Positions 55,489 to 64,000 of a stretch of DNA of 64,000 nt are shown piece after piece. Below the pieces are notes generated by a model. The model was given only the letters and a program-made list of their open reading frames with translations. It did not search any database and was not told where the DNA came from. The position numbers and the translations under genes are program-made. Where the stretch lies: assembly GCA_964016885.1 (NCBI GenBank), contig OZ024761.1, forward strand, positions 31,062,001 through 31,126,000, given 5' to 3'. Position 1 is the first letter of the stretch. Each line of letters begins with the position of its first letter. Source of the DNA: Eledone cirrhosa. Its lineage: Eukaryota.

Positions 55489-55709
55489 CCCTTTAGCATT
55501 CACATTACTCTATATATACTATTGTATTTTCACAGTAAAGGCTTTACCTCACATAATTATTTCACATAATATTGAATCTATGAGACTTTGATGTCATTTA
55601 TTTTGAGAACAATACCTTAACATAAGTATGAGGGGCTGCTTATGGCCAGTTTGAACACAAAGAGATGAGAGAATTCTGGCCGGATACGGCCGGTTTAAAG
55701 GCTTAAGGG
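55489..55709. mobile_element. piggyBac-like MITE with TTAA TSD
   Basis: ttaa|ccctttagcatt...gcttaaggg|ttaa; homologous to 10360-10558. Confidence 0.75.
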
Positions 55710-56069
55710 TTAAAGTGTTTATTTATCTATTTATATAATACTAAAAGTCTGTGATGGCTTGCTTGCTTGTCTGTAATATAATACAGTTTAAAATGCGCAT
55801 AATGGGAAAATACGTTGAAAGGAAGTTGAACCTGAAATGGGAATACAAATGAAATAAAACAAGTTTCGCGTAAATCGAAGCTTGGGTTCCCGAGATATAG
55901 GGTTTTTTCGGGTACCTTCATAAACAGAGAGAGAGAGAAAGATAGAAGGGAAGAGATAGTGGTTGTGAGAGAGTAGATTGAAAGAGAGACATAGAGAGAG
56001 GGAGAGGAGACAGAGAAGGAAAATGGAAGAGAAAGGGAGCAGGTGTTGTTGTGTATATAAATATAGGTG

Positions 56070-56130
<61 letters not shown>

Positions 56131-56336
56131 CTATGACCAGTGTATATAGATCACAGACACCCATATATATACACACACATATATATAAATATATATATAT
56201 ACATACACACACGTATATATATATATATATAGGCCTTCCAGTTTCATTTCACATTATATACATGTCTGTGGATATTTTAATTATTTAAGAATTATCTTTT
56301 AAGTGAACATGATTTTAAAAAATATTTTTAAGTGAA

Positions 56337-56365
56337 CGTGACCCAACGGGTCACGGGTGATCTAG
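56337..56365 (+). mobile_element. Helitron-like 3' terminus
   Basis: Hairpin cgtgaccc-aac-gggtcacg followed 6 nt later by CTAG. Confidence 0.45.
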
Positions 56366-57148
56366 CATTTATATAAAACCCTTCTCATCATACTTTTTGT
56401 AATAACCGTTGTGTTAAATTATGTTCTAAACACCAGCTTAATAATAAATCCCCACAAATTCTTGATTATTTAAAAAAAAGAATGTTTGAAAATCATAGGC
56501 TGTGAGTTTCATTAGAAATATAGTAATGAGAGGAGGTTTAAAATTTACGAACACAAATTGACTCTAGCAGTTTGCTGATATAGTAATGTGGATTAAAATG
56601 TGTTTAGTAGTGTGATGAATAAATACTATTTACTTCCTTTCCACTGCTTGCTACGTACGACAAAATGGCAGCGAAAAACCAGTGTTTATTGAAAAGCAGA
56701 CGACGACGACTATTTCTGGGTGTAGCGTGTGAGGCAAGTGAAGCCAAAATAGAATATAGATTTCGTCTAAGGGAACAAGATAAGAGAATAGTCAATAAAC
56801 GGATTGTATATAAGATATATTCGGTCGCCTGACTAACAAACAATTCTGCACTGAACTAAATAGAAACAACACTCGGTCTAGTAAGGATGTGTGATAGCAA
56901 TGGATGAAGAATTTCTTTTAGTTTATTTATTTATTTATTGTTATAATTTTTTTTTTTATGTATTAAAGATGAGATTAAGTCTTTTGTCCTTTATTCTTTT
57001 ACTGGTGTCAGCTCTTAGACCGTGGCCATGCTGTGGCACCTCATTTATTCAGTCAATCATATCGATCCCAGTACTCATTTTTTTTTCAAGTCTGGTACTT
57101 AGTTTACCAATTTATTATTCTTTTTTTGTCGAACCGCTAAGTTACAGG

Positions 57149-57344
<196 letters not shown>

Positions 57345-57559
57345 AGAAAGTGAACAACACAATATATAACTGTCATCAGACAGAGATGTTATAACATCTC
57401 TCTCTGATGAACGATCCAGACGTATATTAATATTGTCTACGATCCAGAAACCTAAATAAACATAAACTCAATATTAAGATAGTAGAAAGACCAGGTACCT
57501 CCGTAAAAACACTTATTAGCAAGACATACCCTTTTCAAAGACCCTCATGTATAGATAAG

Positions 57560-58200
57560 AAATGCATAACCTGTAAAATAAGCCCCCATATTAACTGTAA
57601 AACTAGAAATGTAGTCTATAGCATAAGATGTACTGAAGGACAATGTAGAGACAAAAATATAGTGTACATAGGTGAGACAGCTCGTAGTGTAGGGGAACGG
57701 ATAAATGAACACTGGCGAGACCTTCAAGATAATAAAGAATCATCTGTACTCTACCAACATGCTAAAATAGAACACAAGGGTAAATTAGAGAACATAGAAA
57801 TAAAAATAGAATCTACACAGAGAAAAGACGCAATGTTTAGACAAATTACAGAGGCAATAAACATAAAAGAATTACAACCAAAATTAAATAGAAAATATGA
57901 GTGGAACAGCAACATCACAACTTACAATTAAGGACAAAATGAAAACACACACACACATAGAACAAACAACCAACCAGTAACATGTAAATAAACAAATAAA
58001 TAAATGAACATAAACACACACAGACACCCGGATGTGGCGCATGCGCAGACTGAGCACACAACACACACACACAAACAAAATGGCGTAGGACAGAACAAAG
58101 GAGAGGCACAGAAACAAAGAAAGGAATCCCCAGTCACCGAAGAGGTCACAGAGTGTGTGACGAAAGAACTATGACTATATATAAACAACTATCTGGTTGT
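57560..58200 (+). mobile_element. Penelope-like element 3' part: GIY-YIG endonuclease and hammerhead-bearing pseudo-LTR
   Basis: CKTRNVVYSIRC...YIGETARSVGERINEH...EAINIKELQPKLN (57662-57931 and upstream), followed by a hammerhead motif at 58132-58176. Confidence 0.85.
58132..58176 (+). ncRNA. Hammerhead-like motif (CCGAAGA core variant) downstream of the GIY-YIG ORF
   Basis: agtca-CCGAAGA-ggtcacagagtgtgtgac-GAAA-GAAC-TA-tgact. Confidence 0.6.
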
Positions 58201-58324
58201 GGAACCAACCAACCAACCAGAAATTTATAAATTTATAAATTTATTATAAATTTATTATAATAAATTGAAGTGAAAGCAACTGGTGCGTGTGTTTCTTATT
58301 GGCAACATGACCCTCCCAAAGTAT

Positions 58325-58470
<146 letters not shown>

Positions 58471-58857
58471 GTGTGTGTGTGTGTGATAAAAGAGGACACA
58501 ATTGTCTTTAGTGACACGCTGTGGCAACGAACCTGTAAGCAGGAGGCTGGCGAGCGAACCCCCTTAACCACACAGCCATTCCTGGTTCCATGCAAAAATT
58601 AATCAAGCTTAAATTATGAAACTGTATCTACCACAAAAAATATCGCTTAGCAGAGAATTGGTTTAAAAACAAACAATCAAAAACAGTGATGTAAGCACAA
58701 TAAATTGACCCCTCCCCAAAGAGACACGTTAAACCCCACGTGACATCCAACCCACGTGACACCGAGCCCACGTGAAACCAGAATCGATTACATATCGATC
58801 GAGAGATATCTAATTTTAGGCTCTTTGTAACAAAAAGATACATAATAGTACATATTC

Positions 58858-58929
<72 letters not shown>

Positions 58930-58999
58930 ACATATATATATATAGTACACATATAGTATATATTTATACATGTGTGTGTATGTATACAATAGTACACAT

Positions 59000-59036
<37 letters not shown>

Positions 59037-59234
59037 GTATATATATGTATATATATGTATATATATATGTATATATATGTATGTATATATGTATATATAT
59101 ATGATTGCATATATGTATATATATATATGTATATATGTGTATATATGTATATATATGTATATATTTGTATATATATATATATATGTATGTATATATTTGT
59201 ATATATATATATATGTATGCATATATATGTGTAT

Positions 59235-59287
<53 letters not shown>

Positions 59288-59539
59288 TATATATGTATAT
59301 ATATATGTGTATATATATATGTATATATGAAAATATATATATATGTATGTATATGTGTATATATATATATATATGTATATATGTATATATATGTATGTAT
59401 ATATGTATATATATGTATGTATATATGTATATATATGTATGTATATATGTGTATATATGTATGTATATATGTATATATATATATTTATATATATATGTGT
59501 GTATATACAATAGTACACATATATATAGCATGTATTATA

Positions 59540-59596
<57 letters not shown>

Positions 59597-60158
59597 GTAT
59601 ATATATGCGTATAATACATGCTTTATATATATATATGTGCATGTAATACATGCTTTATATATATATATACACACATATATATCCACGAGTACGGAATGTC
59701 GGGTATGACTGATTTACCCCGAGTTGATTTTCTTTGTTCTTTCTTCCTTTATTAATTTCTTCTATTCGATACTTTTGATATATTCACGTTTTAATAATAA
59801 TTGTTTCTACTTCTGGCACAAGGCCACCAATTACCCCAGTACATTACTGGTACTTTATTTTATCGACCCCGTAAGGATGAAAGGCAAAGATAACCTCGGC
59901 GGGATTTGAACTCTGATGCAAAGCATGGCGTCCGACCCTCTACCAATACTGGCAATAATAATGATTTTTAGTATAGGCACAAGACCAGTAATTCTTTTTT
60001 GGGGTTGGGGTTGGGGGGGGGGGGGGGGGCGAAGTCGATTAAATCGACCCCAGTGCGTAACTGGTACTTTACTTTATCGGCCCCCGTATAATAATAAAAA
60101 TTTATATTATTGGCACAAGCCAGCAATTTTGGGAGAGGGTAAGCAGGTCAAATACACA

Positions 60159-60269
<111 letters not shown>

Positions 60270-60311
60270 GCGCACACACACAAATACAATAGAAAACAAC
60301 GATGTACTTAC

Positions 60312-60450
60312 TGTTTACAATGCGAATCACTCTCCATGGTAGCAGTATGATCAATATGGTAGCCGCGTTAGAACCCGGATGATCCCAAATGCCGTCTTTA
60401 AATGCAACATCCAGTGACCAGGATATAACAATGACTGCTGCATCAAAAAC
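60312..60450 (-). CDS. HVCN1: Voltage-gated proton channel (Hv family, Hv3-type), S3-S4 exon
   Basis: VFDAAVIVISWSLDVAFKDGIWDHPGSNAATILIILLPWRVIRIVN; aligns to Hv1 ILDAVVVVVSFILD...LLILLRLWRVARIIN; acceptor ttcttctctaatag, donor A|gtaagt. Confidence 0.9.
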
Positions 60451-60860
60451 CTATTAGAGAAGAAAACTGTTTTATTATATTGCTACTACGTTCTTCATAA
60501 TTATCGTATTGGCTGTCGATATTGGAATATATCTTCAAGTGGGGAAACCGGCTTTTTGCTACTTATATATATAGGAAAAGAGTCAGGACCCCGACGGCTG
60601 AGCTCCGGTCGTTTCAACAGCTAGAACTCTTTTCCTATTACCCAATCTACTACCCTAAGTATCGCGTATTCTGGTTCGTTATGGCCCACTTGGTTTCTTA
60701 CCACAGTTTCTTTGCTACACACACACACACACACACACACAAAACTTTAATCTGTTATTTTAATAAATATTTGCTCTACGGTTTTATATATTTTATATAT
60801 ATATATATATATTATCCGTATCGATCCTTCTTCGGATTTTAGTCTTCACTTTACTATTAT

Positions 60861-61192
<332 letters not shown>

Positions 61193-61195
61193 TCC

Positions 61196-61255
<60 letters not shown>

Positions 61256-61373
61256 CAATATAATTATTTCATTAACCAAGGTTTCACGAAGTTAGACGAT
61301 TCTAACAGAAATGTCTAGTTCGTTAACCAGATAAAATCTCCCCCCTTTCTTTCTTTCTCTCTCTCCACACATA

Positions 61374-61425
<52 letters not shown>

Positions 61426-61868
61426 AAAGAGTGGGGTCCTGACGGCTGAGCTCTTGCCGTTTCAACAGCTAGTTCCAGACCCAGATGAAAAGGCAAGGAC
61501 CCGGCTCTTTCTAATATAGTCATACTCTACTAACACAAATATCGAGTAGTCTGTTGAATAATGGTCTAACTAGTTTAACACTGATTTAATCCTGATTTAT
61601 CTATCTATTTATCTAGGGAGGGTAAAATTCCCGTGATCCATGGACAAGTTCTCTCCAGCGATCTCTGTCCCTCATTATCGCTGCCATATCCTGCGTCTCC
61701 AAGAGATCAGTGTCTGTCCTTAGGGCGTCAACATATCACCATGTCAACCTCGGTCTCCCTCTTCTAGTGTGTCCTTGTAGGGGCTCATCGACATTGAGAG
61801 GTGATTTATATATATACATATATAACTAAATAGCTCTGTATATATATATATATATATAACCAAATAGC

Positions 61869-61948
<80 letters not shown>

Positions 61949-61970
61949 TATACATATATAACCAAATAGC

Positions 61971-62002
<32 letters not shown>

Positions 62003-62121
62003 ACTAAATAGCTCTGTATATATATATATATATATATATATAACTAAATAGCTCTGTATATATATATATATATATATATAACTAAATAGCTCTGTAGCCT
62101 TTACCTTTCCTACGGAAGCAC

Positions 62122-62165
<44 letters not shown>

Positions 62166-62168
<3 letters not shown>

Positions 62169-62353
62169 CGAAGGAGTTGTGGTAAGAAACCAGAGGGACC
62201 ATAACGCATCAGAGTACTCAATACTTAGGGTAGTAGAGTGGGTAATAGGAAAATGTTTAAACCCGACGGCAGAGCTCAAGCCGTTTCGACGGCTAGTCCA
62301 GAAATAGCCGTCGAAACGGCTTGAGCTCTGCCGTCGGGGTTAAACATTTTCCT
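62166..62353. mobile_element. Fold-back half-hammerhead repeat (family of 47790, diverged)
   Basis: cccgacggcagagctcaagccgtttcgacggcta-gtccagaaa-tagccgtcgaaacggcttgagctctgccgtcgggg. Confidence 0.7.
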
Positions 62354-63007
62354 ATATATATATATATATATATATATATAGATATATAGTGTGTGTGTGT
62401 ATTCGCTAAACGTACCTGAAAACTACCTGAAAGGTGTACAGACATTTACACTTAATTTTACGAGCAGGCTCTTCCGTTGATTGAGCACTCGTCGTAGGCA
62501 AAAAACATGCCTTATCAATTTGATCTCAGAATGTAAAGGGCCGTAACTCTGCTGCAAAGCATGGTGTCAGGACGCTCTACCGATTCTGCCAAACGTTAAT
62601 TCGCTGGGCGGCCTTGAAAACTGACAATTTAGTCTAACGACCCGTTCTCACAGATAGGAAACAAATCAAGCCTCCTCTCTGTGTGAAGATTAGACCTTGT
62701 AATAACTGTTATGGCGGTATTTGACCTATTGTCGTCTGACCCTGTAGAAATCTGACATGAGACTTGGATGGAAATCCTAAAAATAAGCAGCCGCCGAATG
62801 CAGGTCATTCCCTCCTCACCGCCATAGTACCACCCATATACTAACTGTTGTGTTTAAGGTAGACAGAGAAAGAAAGAGAGAGGGAGGAGGAGGGAGGGAG
62901 GAGGAGAGAGAAAAAGAGATAGAGAGGGGGAGAAAGAAAGGGGGGAGAGAGAAAAAGAGATAGAGGTGGAGAAAGAAAGGAGGGAGAAAGAGAGATTAGC
63001 TTATAGT

Positions 63008-63039
<32 letters not shown>

Positions 63040-63593
63040 GTGAAGAGCTAGCTAGATAGATAGATAGATAGAGAGAGATAGAGAGAGAGGTGAAGAGCTA
63101 GCTAGATAGATAGAGAGAGAGAGATATTAGGTTATGGCGGTGACAGGTTGTCAGGTTGGACATTAAGAAGACAGACAGGTCTCTCGCTGTTTAGCTAGTT
63201 TAGTTAGTTTAACTATCGTCATATCTAGGGTACTGTGGGGGGACGAGAGTGGGGGTGGGGGTATAGAAGTAAGGGGTGGGAGTGGGGTGGTGGTGTGGGG
63301 TGGGTGGGAGAAAGGATTCGCAACAAAGCACCTGACGTCACAACAAACAGTTTTTGGGGTATTTTTTTTGTTTGTTTCTGTAAAGAAGTGTTAACAAAAC
63401 AGAGCTGAGAGGTGAAGTCTACATAATAGGGAGGAGGAGGGGGAGGAAGAGGAGGAGGTTGAGGATGGGGAGGAGGTTGAGGATGGGGAGGAGGAGAAAC
63501 TAGGCCGAGAAGTGATTATGTCGTCCTATTATGGAGTATTTGTTCTTGCAGAGAAAATAACTCACACCAAACAGCAGTAACACTAGAGTAGTC

Positions 63594-64000
63594 ACCACCA
63601 TCATCACCACCATCATCACCATCATCATCACCATCATCATCACCACCATCACCACCATCATCACCATCATCATCACCACCATCACCATCATCACCACCAT
63701 CATCACCACCATCATCACTACCACCATCACCACCATCATCACCATCATCACCACTACCATCATCACCACCATCATCACCACCATCATCACCACCATCATC
63801 ACCACCATCACCACCATCATCACCATCATCACCACCATCATCACCATCATCACCACCATCATCACTACCATCATCACCACCATCATCACCACCATCATCA
63901 CCATCACCACCATCACCACCATCATCATCACCATCATCACCACCATCACCACCATCATCACCACCATCATCACCACCATCATCACCATCATCATTATCAC
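63594..64000. repeat. (CAT/CAC)n repeat
   Basis: Direct inspection. Confidence 0.95.

Noticed and set aside
55727-56843. Possible extra Hv exons (ORFs 55727-56212 and 56604-56843)
   Set aside because: The S4 exon splices directly and homologously to 51264 (IVN-SFVL), leaving no room for them; donors are weak

Overview
Eukaryotic, AT-rich, microsatellite- and retroelement-dense DNA. The SINE families and gene content point to a coleoid cephalopod, probably octopus (inference). Almost all long ORFs in the supplied track are simple-repeat artefacts or decayed LINE fragments. Two intron-containing genes can be assembled by hand, arranged tail-to-tail. (1) On + is a complete two-coding-exon PDX2/SNO gene (glutaminase subunit of de novo vitamin B6/PLP synthase, 228 aa; 23594-23941 + 27645-27983), from a pathway many animal lineages lack. 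(2) On - is the 3' half of a voltage-gated proton channel (Hv) gene: five phase-compatible exons from 60450 to 38501. Its S4 reads LPWRVIRIVN instead of RxWRxxR (molluscan Hv3 type), followed by a coiled coil and a long Ser/Asp-rich tail ending in -TKL. The window also holds about ten type I hammerhead ribozyme motifs from several unrelated Penelope-like repeat families, some in sense orientation in the Hv introns. Other content: fold-back palindromes, a Penelope GIY-YIG remnant, RTE, CR1-like and L1/Tx1 LINE fragments, tRNA-derived SINEs sharing an RTE 3' tail, MITEs and composite minisatellites.
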